Shown here: in pieces, positions 27,155-40,593 of the stretch
How positions within the stretch are numbered: the stretch's first letter is position 1
Layout of the letters: every line of letters starts with the position of its first letter
DNA from: Eukaryota sp. TZLM1-RC
Lineage: Eukaryota; Protista; Metamonada: BaSk clade
Direction of reading: 5' to 3'
DNA: 64,000 nucleotides
NCBI GenBank assembly: GCA_040285825.1
Contig: JAUPSS010000004.1
Coordinates: forward strand, 2,956,550 to 3,020,549
Made by a program: the position numbers and the translations under genes
Notes under the pieces: generated by a model
Database searches by the model: none
Seen by the model: the letters and a program-made list of their open reading frames with translations, nothing else
What the model was told of the DNA's origin: nothing

Positions 27155-28543
27155 TTTTTTTAATTTAATTTTAATTTATTTTCAAAACCACAGTCTAAAA
27201 GTCAATATCTTCAAAACAAGCTTCCACACCATCAAACCTTACAGCAGCAATGTTTTCATAATGTGCACTGACAGACATTAAAGCTTTCGAAATCATTTTA
27301 GGAATTGATTTGAAAATAGTAAAAACAATACGATTTAGCCACAAGCGACGATCAAAACGCTTATTCATTCTTTTTTTCACAAGATTTTCAAAATCATCAA
27401 TAAAATTCAAAGCAGTTTTTCCAAGACGACCATACAACGATATAGCAAATGGGCAAATTTGGTAATCTACATGGCGAACATGCTTCAATTCTTTTAAAGG
27501 ATTTGCATACTTTTTTCCGTTTGTACAATTCGGAGTCATCAAGGGGGATACTTCGGATTGAGCATTTTTCAAGGCATTTTTCTTGCATACATCCACTGTT
27601 ACGACATCAACAACATTCATGACATCATCAAACGAGGGCACAACAACATCAGCACGTCGTTTTCCATATTCTGAATCTCTTACGCTTTCATTTATATCAA
27701 GAGACCTCAACAAAGGTTCAACAAAAGATTCAATATGATAGGAATTACACATTGCATGGATTTGATCTCTGACTGCATCATGCAACGTAGAACGATAGGA
27801 AATATATCTATTACAATTAAATAAATGTGATAATGTCAAACCAGCTCCACATTTACAAAACAAATCATTGGGCAAATTACAAGGCCATAAATAACAACGC
27901 ATTCTCATAGCAGTAGTCCATTGGTCGTCATTCAAAAATAGACCATAAATCTGGGGAATTTGATTTATCAAAACTGCAGATGAACTGTCCTTCAAATCAA
28001 TCAAAAAATTGGCAAAAGCAGGATTTTTCTTTCTTAGCCGTGCTAAGTCGAACAATAAAATCCTTGCTTTCAAAATTTTTCAAAAGATGTCGTTGGAGCT
28101 TTTTCAACGCAAATTTTAATGAATATAAACTTCTGTCTGGAATTTCTTGAATGGATATGGGGAAACATGATTGCCATAAGTCGGGAGATAAACTGGATAT
28201 TTCTTGTCTTAAGTTATCCAGGAATATGCTATTTGTATTTTCAAGAAGATTTTCGGCAAAAGGATATCTTCTAGAGAATTCAAATACAAAATTTTTTCCA
28301 CCACCAATAAATGCAGCTTTGGTCAAATATTTTGATGAATTGAATCCAACACCGCCAAGTTGAACATCAGAAAAAATATGATTTTTCAAAATTGATGGAT
28401 CAACAGACATTAAATAAGCCAAAAATTGGGTACGTATTTTGTTAAATTGTCTACAAAAATTGTAAGTTAGGGATGGAGGTAATGATCGCAGTAAATGAGT
28501 AATTTTTCCAGCATAACAAATTTTCAAAAGAAAAAACTTAAGA
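27153..28543 (-). mobile_element. 5'-truncated family B copy
   Basis: Poly(T) at 27153; ORFs 27195-28073 and 27997-28527. Confidence 0.9.
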
Positions 28544-29642
28544 CATCTGGAATTTCTTTTGATCTGTTAAAAATAGCGTGTTCCAGTGCTCCCGAAATTG
28601 CTGATGATCTAGCCCACTATTTTCAACAATTGATTGTTTTGAAAATTAATCCTCCATTTGAATTACTCGCAGCACGTCTGATTGCTTTAGTAAAGCCTGG
28701 AAACGGAAGCAAACCTGATGGAATACGCCCAATTGCTGTTGGTGAATCTCTTTCTCGATTGCTAGCATCAATTGTCTTCGATCGTGTCAAAGACAAAGCT
28801 TCTACATTTTTGAATCCTCATCAATTTTTTTTAATTTAATTTTAATTTATTTTCAAAACCACAGTCTAAAAGTCAATATCTTCAAAACAAGCTTCCACAC
28901 CATCAAACCTTACAGCAGCAATGTTTTCATAATGTGCACTGACAGACATTAAAGCTTTCGAAATCATTTTAGGAATTTTTTTTTTAAATTTAATTTTATT
29001 CAAAACCTATAAATCAACATCTAAAAAATCCATCTCTCCCAAAACAAAAACACTAGATGCAACTCTCTCATAGTGAGATCCAAGAGAAAGCAAAGCATCA
29101 GAAACCATCTTCAACATCCCCTTAAAAATAGAAAACACAATTCTATTTTTGCCAAAACAATCTGTTGAAATTTCTGCCAGTTCTTCTCTTTACAATCATT
29201 TCAAAATCATCCAAAAAACGTAAAGCAGTTGGTGCAAGTGAACCAAAAAGGGAAAATACAAATGGATACAAATTGTATTTTGCATGCTGTAGACTGGCCA
29301 ATTTGGACAAAGGTTCATTGTATTTTTTGAATTTAAAATTTTCAGCATTTGAAAGGGGATTATGAATTTCAGAATTAACAAGCCTTTCATTTGAGGCATT
29401 ACAAGGATCAACAGACATTACATCCAATAAAATGAAGCTTCCATCTAATCCAGGTAATATGACATCACCTCTATTATTCTTATGAAAATCATTTTCAGCA
29501 TCAAACAGATTTGACAACAAAGGTTCCAAGAAGGATTCAATTCTATGTCTTGAGCAACCAATTCTAGTAAATCAAATGAACCAATCAAGGATATATCATC
29601 CATATAAGCAACTATTTTTATAGAAGGGTATTTTTGCTTAAT
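28544..29642. mobile_element. Mosaic: A(+) 28544-28826, B(-) tail 28825-28977, A(-) 28976-29547, A(-) YMDD piece 29548-29642
   Basis: Direct matches; poly(T) tails at 28825 and 28976. Confidence 0.85.
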
Positions 29643-30333
29643 TTGTTCGAATTCACCTCAACTCACTTTGCGCCATGCTCTAAATTGCTCTAAATTGATA
29701 ACTTATCGTTCTTCATTACATGATGCTGTTAGAGACACTGTTTTTAATATGGCACAAACTGCAAGGATATCGTGTATCAAAGAGCCCCTGCTGAAGGAAA
29801 CACTTTCTCTGAATAATTTTAGTTCTGATGATAGAGGTGATGTATACTGTGATTGGATTGATAATTCTGAAGCTATTGTTGACTTTGTCTCATGTAATGT
29901 TGCAAACGATACTTTGGTTCACAGAAGAAAACTTAATCCTGTGGCTGCTCTGGATTTTAAAGCAAAAGAAAAACATAGAAAATATGATAAAGAAATTGAA
30001 GATGCAAATATCGATAGAAATACACAGCTGGTTTTTATTGCTTTTCCATTTTCGATAAATGGAAGATTATCAGTTGAAGCAGAAACTTTTTTGGATGACT
30101 TCCAAAAAATGGTGAAAGAAAAAACAATGAAAAGATTTGATATTTTTTTATGGCGTTCACCGATTCAATTTGCCATTATTAATAGATTACCACGGTTTTT
30201 CAATCGAATAAGAGAAGCTTTAGCTAGACAGCAAGCAGATCAAGATTTTGTAGAGGAAATCTTGGTTTAATGATAGTCGTCCCATTAGTTATGATTTAAT
30301 TTAATCAAGTGTGCAAATTCAATAAATTAAAAA
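29641..30333 (+). mobile_element. Family C 3' fragment (inverted duplicate of 22003-22697)
   Basis: ORF 29668-30270; same junctions on both sides. Confidence 0.9.
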
Positions 30334-30396
30334 GATGGGCCTGCTGCTTTCCCCTTTGGCAATTTTTGAATAGCTTTAAGAACTTCAATTTCAGTA

Positions 30397-32596
30397 TTTT
30401 TTTTTTAAAATTTAATTTTATTCAAAACCTATAAATCAACATCTAAAAAATCCATCTCTCCCAAAACAAAAACACTAGATGCAACTCTCTCATAGTGAGA
30501 TCCAAGAGAAAGCAAAGCATCAGAAACCATCTTCAACATCCCCTTAAAAATAGAAAACACAATTCTATTTTGCCAAAACAATTTGTTGAAATTTCTCCCA
30601 GTTCTTCTCTTTACAATCATTTCAAAATCATCCAAAAAACGTAAAGCAGTTGGTGCAAGTGAACCAAAAAGGGAAAATACAAATGGATACAAATTGTATT
30701 TTGCATGCTGTAGACTGGCCAATTTGGACAAAGGTTCATTGTATCTTTTGAATTTAAAATTTTCAGCATTTGAAAGGGGATTATGAATTTCAGAATTAAC
30801 AAGCCTTTCATTTGAGGCATTACAAGGATCAACAGACATTACATCCAATAAAATGAAGCTTCCATCTAATCCAGGTAATATGACATCACCTCTATTATTC
30901 TTATGAAAATCATTTTCAGCATCAAACAGATTTGACAACAGAGGTTCCAAGAAGGATTCAATTCTATGAGATTTACACATACAATATAACTGGTCTCTTA
31001 CAGCATCATGAACCTTGCTTCTAAAAGTAATAAAATGTTTACAATTTAACAAATGAGTAGTTGTAATTTCTCGAGAACATTTACAAATTAAATTATGAGG
31101 TAAATTATCAGGCCAGATAAAGGAACGAAATCTCATATTCAGAGTCCAAGCAGAATCGGATAAGAGAGTACCATAAACTTGTGGAATTGTTGTTACTAAG
31201 GCAGAAGAAGTACTGTCACACATATCTTGTAAAAGATTTGCAAAAGCGGGATTCTTTTTCTTGGCCAAGCCAAGTCTAACATCAAAATCCAAGCTTTCAA
31301 AAATCTTTGACAATTTTTGTTGAAGCTTTTTACAGCAAAACTGTAAATTATATAGAGATCGGTTTGGAATTTCTTGAATTGATTGAGGAAAACATTTGGT
31401 CCAAATTTGTGGCGGTAATTTTTCAAGTTCACAAGATAACTCATACAAATAGGGACTACAATTGGGGACTAACAGATGAGAATCATCAGGAAATCTACGA
31501 GAAAATTCATAAATAAAATTTTGCCACCACCCAAGAATGCTGATTGACACAAAATTGAAGATTTAGTAAAACCAATACCACCCAAATTTGCTGAAGAAAA
31601 TAAATGGCTTTTCAACATTCCTGGTTCTACATCCAATAAATCAGCAAAAAATTCTGTTCTCAATGAATTAAAAGAACGACAAAAATCTAATGCTATGGAA
31701 GGAGCACAAGATCTCAAAATGTGGGTTATTCTCCCAGTGTAGCAAATTTTAAGCATGAAAAAATTTAATATGCTTTTCTATATCTAAAGAAGAAATTGAA
31801 TCAAGTTCAATTTTCATTTTTTCCAAAATAACTTGCAATTCATTCTGAATTTGAGGCACATTTCCTAACCAACAACCAAGGAACTTAAAAGCATCACTAC
31901 TATAATTAGTAAAAGGGACAATAGAATCGTTTATCACGAGGTCTTGAGCAGAAGAGCCAATCAGAAGGCATTTGCTGGCATTAAGATGAAGCCCAATATT
32001 TTCATATGAATCGGCAATTTCTTGAGCAACCAATTCTAGTAAATCAAATGAACCAATCAAGGATATATCATCCATATAAGCAACTATTTTTATAGAAGGG
32101 TATTTTTGCTTAATGATATTTAAAGTTTTGTGAATAGCTAAACAAAACAATAATGGGCCTAAAGGATCTCCCTGCTTCACTCCAGAAGATGATTTAAGAC
32201 CAAATGAATTAAAAATTAAATCTGATTCTTTCCCATAAAAATGGTAGAAAAAACTCGATAGCTCAGGAAAGTCAGATTTAATAACTTCAAAAATTGCTTC
32301 TCGCTTTACAGAATTAAAAGCATTTTTAAAGTCGAGATTAAAAATAAAATTATTTTCCTCTGCATTAAAAAAGGTATCAGAGGCAATAGCAGCAACAGAA
32401 GCACCATCAATTGTTTTGATTCCAAATTGATGAGGATTCAAAAATGTAGAAGCTTTGTCTTTGACACGATCGAAGACAATTGATGCTAGCAATCGAGAAA
32501 GAGATTCACCAACAGCAATTGGGCGTATTCCATCAGGTTTGATTCCGTTTCCAGGCTTTACTAAAGCAATCAGACGTGCTGCGAGTAATTCAAATT
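30397..32596 (-). mobile_element. 5'-truncated family A copy
   Basis: Poly(T) at 30397; ORFs 30429-32492. Confidence 0.9.
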
Positions 32597-33984
32597 TTTT
32601 TTTTAAATTAATTTTATTTTATTGTTAAACCACAGTCTAAAAGTCAATATCTTCAAAACAAGCTTCCACACCATCAAACCTTACAGCAGCAATGTTTTCA
32701 TAATGTGCACTGACAGACATTAAAGCTTTCGAAATCATTTTAGGAATTGATTTGAAAATAGTAAAAACAATACGATTTAGCCACAAGCGACGATCAAAAC
32801 GCTTATTCATTCTTTTTTTCACAAGATTTTCAAAATCATCAATAAAATTCAAAGCAGTTTTTCCAAGACGACCATACAACGATATAGCAAATGGGCAAAT
32901 TTGGTAATCTACATGGCGAACATGTTTCAATTCTTTTAAAGGATTTGCATACTTTTTCCGTTTGTACAATTCGGAGTCATCAAGGGGGGATACTTCGGAT
33001 TGAGCATTTTTCAAGGCATTTTTCTTGCAAACATCCACTGTTACGACATCAACAACATTCATGACATCATCAAACGAGGGCACAACAACATCAGCACGTC
33101 GTTTTCCATATTCTGAATCGCTTACGCTTTCATTTATATCAAGAGACCTCAACAAAGGTTCAACAAAAGATTCAATATGATAGGAATTACACATTGCATG
33201 GATTTGATCTCTGACTGCATCATGCAACGTAGAACGATAGGAAATATATCTATTACAATTAAATAAATGTGATAATGTCAAACCAGCTCCACATTTACAA
33301 AACAAATCATTGGGCAAATTACAAGGCCATAAATAACAACGCATTCTCATAGCAGTAGTCCATTGGTCGTCATTCAAAAATAGACCATAAATCTGGGGAA
33401 TTTGATTTATCAAAACTGCAGATGAACTGTCCTTCAAATCAATCAAAAAATTGGCAAAAGCAGGATTTTCTTTCTTAGCCGTGCTAAGTCGAACAATAAA
33501 ATCCTTGCTTTCAAAATTTTTCAAAAGATGTCGTTGGAGCTTTTTCAACGCAAATTTTAATGAATATAAACTTCTGTCTGGAATTTCTTGAATGGATATG
33601 GGGAAACATGATTGCCATAAGTCGGGAGATAAACTGGATATTTCTTGTCTTAAGTTATCCAGGAATATGCTATTTGTATTTTCAAGAAGATTTTCGGCAA
33701 AAGGATATCTTCTAGAGAATTCAAATACAAAATTTTTTCCACCACCAATAAATGCAGCTTTGGTCAAATATTTTGATGAATTGAATCCAACACCGCCAAG
33801 TTGAACATCAGAAAAAATATGATTTTTCAAAATTGATGGATCAACAGACATTAAATAAGCCAAAAATTGGGTACGTATTTTGTTAAATTGTCTACAAAAA
33901 TTGTAAGTTAGGGATGGAGGTAATGATCGCAGTAAATGAGTAATTTTTCCAGCATAACAAATTTTCAAAAGAAAAAACTTAAGA
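32595..33984 (-). mobile_element. 5'-truncated family B copy with uninterrupted 443-aa C-terminal ORF
   Basis: ORF 32637-33968. Confidence 0.9.
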
Positions 33985-34415
33985 CATCTGGAATTTCTTT
34001 TGATCTGTTAAAAATAGCGTGTTCCAGTGCTCCCGAAATTGCTGATGATCTAGCCCACTATTTTCAACAATTGATTGTTTTGAAAATTAATCCTCCATTT
34101 GAATTACTCGCAGCACGTCTGATTGCTTTAGTAAAGCCTGGAAACGGAATCAAACCTGATGGAATACGCCCAATTGCTGTTGGTGAATCTCTTTCTCGAT
34201 TGCTAGCATCAATTGTCTTCGATCGTGTCAAAGACAAAGCTTCTACATTTTGAATCCTCATCAATTTTTTTAATTTAATTTTAATTTATTTTCAAAACCA
34301 CAGTCTAAAAGTCAATATCTTCAAAACAAGCTTCCACACCATCAAACCTTACAGCAGCAATGTTTTCATAATGTGCACTGACAGACATTAAAGCTTTCGA
34401 AATCATTTTAGGAAT
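33985..34415. mobile_element. A(+) 33985-34266 plus B(-) tail 34265-34415 (duplicate of 28544-28977)
   Basis: Identical junctions. Confidence 0.87.
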
Positions 34416-37406
34416 TTTTTTTTTAAAATTTAATTTTATTCAAAACCTATAAATCAACATCTAAAAAATCCATCTCTCCCAAAACAAAAACACTAGATGC
34501 AACTCTCTCATAGTGAGATCCAAGAGAAAGCAAAGCATCAGAAACCATCTTCAACATCCCCTTAAAAATAGAAAACACAATTCTATTTTGCCAAAACAAT
34601 CTGTTGAAATTTCTGCCAGTTCTTCTCTTTACAATCATTTCAAAATCATCCAAAAAACGTAAAGCAGTTGGTGCAAGTGAACCAAAAAGGGAAAATACAA
34701 ATGGATACAAATTGTATTTTGCATGCTGTAGACTGGCCAATTTGGACAAAGGTTCATTGTATCTTTTGAATTTAAAATTTTCAGCATTTGAAAGGGGATT
34801 ATGAATTTCAGAATTAACAAGCCTTTCATTTGAGGCATTACAAGGATCAACAGACATTACATCCAATAAAATGAAGCTTCCATCTAATCCAGGTAATATG
34901 ACATCACCTCTATTATTCTTATGAAAATCATTTTCAGCATCAAACAGATTTGACAACAGAGGTTCCAAGAAGGATTCAATTCTATGAGATTTACACATAC
35001 AATATAACTGGTCTCTTACAGCATCATGAACCTTGCTTCTAAAAGTAATAAAATGTTTACAATTTAACAAATGAGTAGTTGTAATTTCTCGAGAACATTT
35101 ACAAATTAAATTATGAGGTAAATTATCAGGCCAGATAAAGGAACGAAATCTCATATTCAGAGTCCAAGCAGAATCGGATAAGAGAGTACCATAAACTTGT
35201 GGAATTGTTGTTACTAAGGCAGAAGAAGTACTGTCACACATATCTTGTAAAAAGATTTGCAAAAGCGGGATTCTTTTTCTTGGCCAAGCCAAGTCTAACA
35301 TCAAAATCCAAGCTTTCAAAAAATCTTTGACAATTTTTGTTGAAGCTTTTTACAGCAAAACTGTAAATTATATAGAGATCGGTTTGGAATTTCTTGAATT
35401 GATTGAGGAAAACATTTGGTCCAAATTTGTGGCGGTAATTTTTCAAGTTCACAAGATAACTCATACAAATAGGGACTACAATTGGGGACTAACAGATGAG
35501 AATCATCAGGAAATCTACGAGAAAATTCATAAATAAAATTTTTGCCACCACCCAAGAATGCTGATTGACACAAAATTGAAGATTTAGTAAAACCAATACC
35601 ACCCAAATTTGCTGAAGAAAATAAATGGCTTTTCAACATTCCTGGTTCTACATCCAATAGGTCAGCAAAAAATTCTGTTCTCAATGAATTAAAAGAACGA
35701 CAAAAATCTAATGCTATGGAAGGAGCACAAGATCTCAAAATGTGGGTTATTCTCCCAGTGTAGCAAATTTTAAGCATGAAAAATTTAATATGCTTTTCTA
35801 TATCTAAAGAAGAAATTGAATCAAGTTCAATTTTCATTTTTTCCAAAATAACTTGCAATTCATTCTGAATTTGAGGCACATTTCCTAACCAACAACCAAG
35901 GAACTTAAAAGCATCACTACTATAATTAGTAAAAGGGACAATAGAATCGTTTATCACGAGGTCTTGAGCAGAAGAGCCAATCAGAAGGCATTTGCTGGCA
36001 TTAAGATGAAGCCCAATATTTTCATATGAATCGGCAATTTCTTGAGCAACCAATTCTAGTAAATCAAATGAACCAATCAAGGATATATCATCCATATAAG
36101 CAACTATTTTTATAGAAGGGTATTTTTGCTTAATGATATTTAAAGTTTTGTGAATAGCTAAACAAAACAATAATGGGCCTAAAGGATCTCCCTGCTTCAC
36201 TCCAGAAGATGATTTAAGACCAAATGAATTAAAAATTAAATCTGATTCTTTACCATAAAAATGGTAGAAAAAACTCGATAGCTCAGGAAAATCAGATTTA
36301 ATAACTTCAAAAATTGCTTCTCGCTTTACAGAATTAAAAGCATTTTTAAAGTCGAGATTAAAAATAAAATTATTTTCCTCTGCATTAAAAAAGGTATCAG
36401 AGGCAATAGCAGCAACAGAAGCACCATCAATTGTTTTGATTCCAAATTGATGAGGATTCAAAAATGTAGAAGCTTTGTCTTTGACACGATCGAAGACAAT
36501 TGATGCTAGCAAACGAGAAAGAGATTCACCAACAGCAATTGGGCGTATTCCATCAGGTTTGATTCCGTTTCCAGGCTTTACTAAAGCAATCAGACGTGCT
36601 GCGAGTAATTCAAATGGAGGATTAATTTTCAAAACAATCAATTGTTGAAAATAGTGGGCTAGATCATCAGCAATTTCGGGAGCACTGGAACACGCTATTT
36701 TTAACAGATCAAAAGAAATTCCAGATGGGCCTGCTGCTTTCCCCTTTGGCAATTTTTGAATAGCTTTAAGAACTTCAATTGCAGTAATAGGATTTTCAAT
36801 CCAAAAAGGACACACTTCAGGCTTGCTGCACTTGAAATTTTCTTGAGGATGCAACTTTTGAAGTTTTTCAAGGGTATCAGAGTTTGCATCAGCCAAAGAA
36901 GAGGAAAACAAAGACTGCTTTGCGGCACCATAACGACCACGTAAGCACAATTTACGGCAAATTTTTGATTTTACAATTTTTCTATTTCCAAATTTTTTCT
37001 TAAAACAATTTTTGTTTTTTCTAGCAAAATATTTCCAGAAGGATGAAATATTCCACTTATTATTTTTCAATTCAGAAGTAAAATTTCTCATTTCCATTGA
37101 GAAGGGGATTGTGCTGGCGGGACTTATTTCTACTGGGATCCGGATCGGGGGTCTTACGGTATCAACGGCTTTACAATTCGTACAAAACAGAAGTTTTCGA
37201 CCATTTCGTGAATCTGCAACATCTTTTTTGCAAAATGGACAACAAAAATTACTGTTTTCAGAAGGGGAAGAAGAGGGAACACTAGAAGCATTTAACTGTT
37301 GATCGTCAGAAACATTATTTTCAGCACCTTTCACAACGGCAACAGCTGGAACAGAACATTTGAGAATTTGTTGAGCAGATTTTAATTCAAATTCTCTTTT
37401 TTGTTT
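34415..37406 (-). mobile_element. Near-full-length family A copy (lacks ~0.5 kb at 5' end)
   Basis: ORFs 34447-35319 and 35316-37436. Confidence 0.92.
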
Positions 37407-39347
37407 TAGGAATTGATTTGAAAATAGTAAAAACAATACGATTTAGCCACAAGCGACGATCAAAACGCTTATTCATTCTTTTTTTCACAAGATTTTCAAA
37501 ATCATCAATAAAATTCAAAGCAGTTTTTCCAAGACGACCATACAACGATATAGCAAATGGGCAAATTTGGTAATCTACATGGCGAACATGTTTCAATTCT
37601 TTTAAAGGATTTGCATACTTTTTCCGTTTGTACAATTCGGAGTCATCAAGGGGGGATACTTCGGATTGAGCATTTTTCAAGGCATTTTTCTTGCATACAT
37701 CCACTGTTACGACATCAACAACATTCATGACATCATCAAACGAGGGCACGACAACATCAGCACGTCGTTTTCCATATTCTGAATCTCTTACGCTTTCATT
37801 TATATCAAGAGACCTCAACAAAGGTTCTACAAAAGATTCAATATGATAGGAATTACACATTGCATGGATTTGATCTCTGACTGCATCATGCAACGTAGAA
37901 CGAAAATTTTGTTTTGAAAATTAATCCTCCATTTGAATTACTCGCAGCACGTCTGATTGCTTTAGTAAAGCCTGGAAACGGAATCAAACCTGATGGAATA
38001 CGCCCAATTGCTGTTGGTGAATCTCTTTCTCGTTTGCTAGCATCAATTGTCTTCGATCGTGTCAAAGACAAAGCTTCTACATTTTTGAATCCTCATCAAT
38101 TTTTTTTTAATTTAATTTTAATTTATTTTCAAAACCACAGTCTAAAAGTCAATATCTTCAAAACAAGCTTCCACACCATCAAACCTTACAGCAGCAATAT
38201 TTTCATAATGTGCACTGACAGACATTAAAGCTTTCGAAATCATTTTAGGAATTGATTTGAAAATAGTAAAAACAATACGATTTAGCCACAAGCGACGATC
38301 AAAACGCTTATTCATTCTTTTTTTCACAAGATTTTCAAAATCATCAATAAAATTCAAAGCAGTTTTTCCAAGACGACCATACAACGATATAGCAAATGGG
38401 CAAATTTGGTAATCTACATGGCGAACATGTTTCAATTCTTTTAAAGGATTTGCATACTTTTTCCGTTTGTACAATTCGGAGTCATCAAGGGGGGATACTT
38501 CGGATTGAGCATTTTTCAAGGCATTTTTCTTGCATACATCCACTGTTACGACATCAACAACATTCATGACATCATCAAACGAGGGCACGACAACATCAGC
38601 ACGTCGTTTTCCATATTCTGAATCTCTTACGCTTTCATTTATATCAAGAGACCTCAACAAAGGTTCTACAAAAGATTCAATATGATAGGAATTACACATT
38701 GCATGAATTTGATCTCTGACTGCATCATGCAACGTAGAACGATAGGAAATATATCTATTACAATTAAATAAATGTGATAATGTCAAACCAGCTCCACATT
38801 TACAAAACAAATCATTGGGCAAATTACAAGGCCATAAATAACAACGCATTCTCATAGCAGTGGTCCATTGGTCGTCATTCAAAAATAGACCATAAATCTG
38901 GGGAATTTGATTTATCAAAACTGCAGATGAACTGTCCTTCAAATCAATCAAAAAATTGGCAAAAGCAGGATTTTCTTTCTTAGCCGTGCTAAGTCGAACA
39001 ATAAAATCCTTGTTTTCAAAATTTTTCAAAAGATGTCGTTGGAGCTTTTTCAACGCAAATTTTAATGAATATAAACTTCTGTCTGGAATTTCTTGAATGG
39101 ATATGGGGAAACATGATTGCCATAAGTCGGGAGATAAACTGGATATTTCTTCTCTTAAGTTATCCAGGAATATGCTATTTGTATTTTCAAGAAGATTTTC
39201 GGCAAAGGATATCTTCTAGAGAATTCAAATACAAAATTTTTCCACCACCAATAAATGCAGCTTTGGTCAAATATTTTGATGAATTGAATCCAACACCGCC
39301 AAGTTGAACATCAGAAAAATATGATTTTTCAAAATTGATGGATCAAC
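37404..39347. mobile_element. B(-) 37404-37903, A(+) 37909-38102, B(-) 38100-39347
   Basis: ORFs 37387-37893, 37914-38228 and 38142-39053. Confidence 0.88.
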
Positions 39348-40332
39348 TTTTTTTTTTAAATTTAATTTTATTCTAAACCTATAAATCAACATCTAAAAAA
39401 TCCATCTCTCCCAAAACAAAAACACTAGATGCAACTCTCTCATAGTGAGATCCAAGAGAAAGCAAAGCATCAGAAACCATCTTCAACATCCCCTTAAAAA
39501 TAGAAAACACAATTCTATTTTGCCAAAACAATCTGTTGAAATTTCTGCCAGTTCTTCTCTTTACAATCATTTCAAAATCATCCAAAAACGTAAAGCAGTT
39601 GGTGCAAGTGAACCAAAAAGGGAAAATACAAATGGATACAAATTGTATTTAGCATGCTGTAGACTGGCCAATTTGGACAAAGGTTCATTGTATTTTTTGA
39701 ATTTAAAATTTTCAGCATTTGAAAGGGGATTATGAATTTCAGAATTAACAAGCCTTTCATTTGAGGCATTACAAGGATCAACAGACATTACATCCAATAA
39801 AATGAAGCTTCCATCTAATCCAGGTAATATGACATCACCTCTATTATTCTTATGAAAATCATTTTCAGCATCAAACAGATTTGACAACAGAGGTTCCAAA
39901 TAGAATTCAATTCTATAAGACTTACACATACAATATAATTGGTCTCTTACAGCATCGTGAACATTGCTTCTAAAAGTAATAAAATGTTTACAATTTAACA
40001 AATGAGTAGTTGTAATTTCACGAGAACATTTACAAATTAAATTATGAGGTAAATTATCAGGCCAGATAAAGGAACGAAATCTCATATTCAGATTCGGATA
40101 AGAGAGTACCATAAACTTGTGGAATTGTTGTTACTAAGGCAGAAGAAGTACTGTCACACATATCTTGTAAAAGATTTGCAAAAGCGGGATTCTTTTTCTT
40201 GGCCAAGCCAAGTCTAACATCAAAATCCAAGCTTTCAAAAATCTTTGACAATTTTTGTTGAAGCTTTTTACAGCAAAACTGTAAATTAAATAGAGATCGG
40301 TTTGGAATTTCTTGAATTGATTGAGGAAAACA

Positions 40333-40482
40333 TTTTTTTTTTCTAAAACTTTTTATTCAACAACAAATATGAAATACACAATTAAAACTCCACATCCTCA
40401 AAACCTGCCTCCCCTACATCAAAACAATTAATCGCTAAAGATTCAGAAAATTTCCCAAAAGAAGATAGTGAATCAGAAAATA
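40333..40482 (-). mobile_element. Family E 3' end (also at 41696-41844 and 62157-62305), up to 10-bp TSD
   Basis: Minus strand translates SDSLSSFGKFSESLAINCFDVGEAGFEDVEF*, then AATAAA and poly(A); GAAAACATTT at 40326-40335 and 40483-40492. Confidence 0.85.
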
Positions 40483-40550
40483 GAAAACATTTGGTCCAAA
40501 TTTGTGGCGGTAATTTTTCAAGTTCACAAGATAACTCATACAAATAGGGA

Positions 40551-40593
40551 TTTTTGGTTTTGAAAATAAATTAAATGAATGAAAACAAAAAAA
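40551..40593 (+). mobile_element. 43-bp B-like 3'-UTR-only insertion, 11-bp TSD (also ~41913-41956 and ~62374-62417)
   Basis: TGGTTTTGAAAATAAATTAAA as in the B 3' UTR; ACAAATAGGGA at 40540-40550 and 40594-40604. Confidence 0.82.

Noticed and set aside
39900-40020. DGR-type adenine-specific hypermutation
   Set aside because: Substitutions affect all four bases; no TR/VR layout; the RT is non-LTR type
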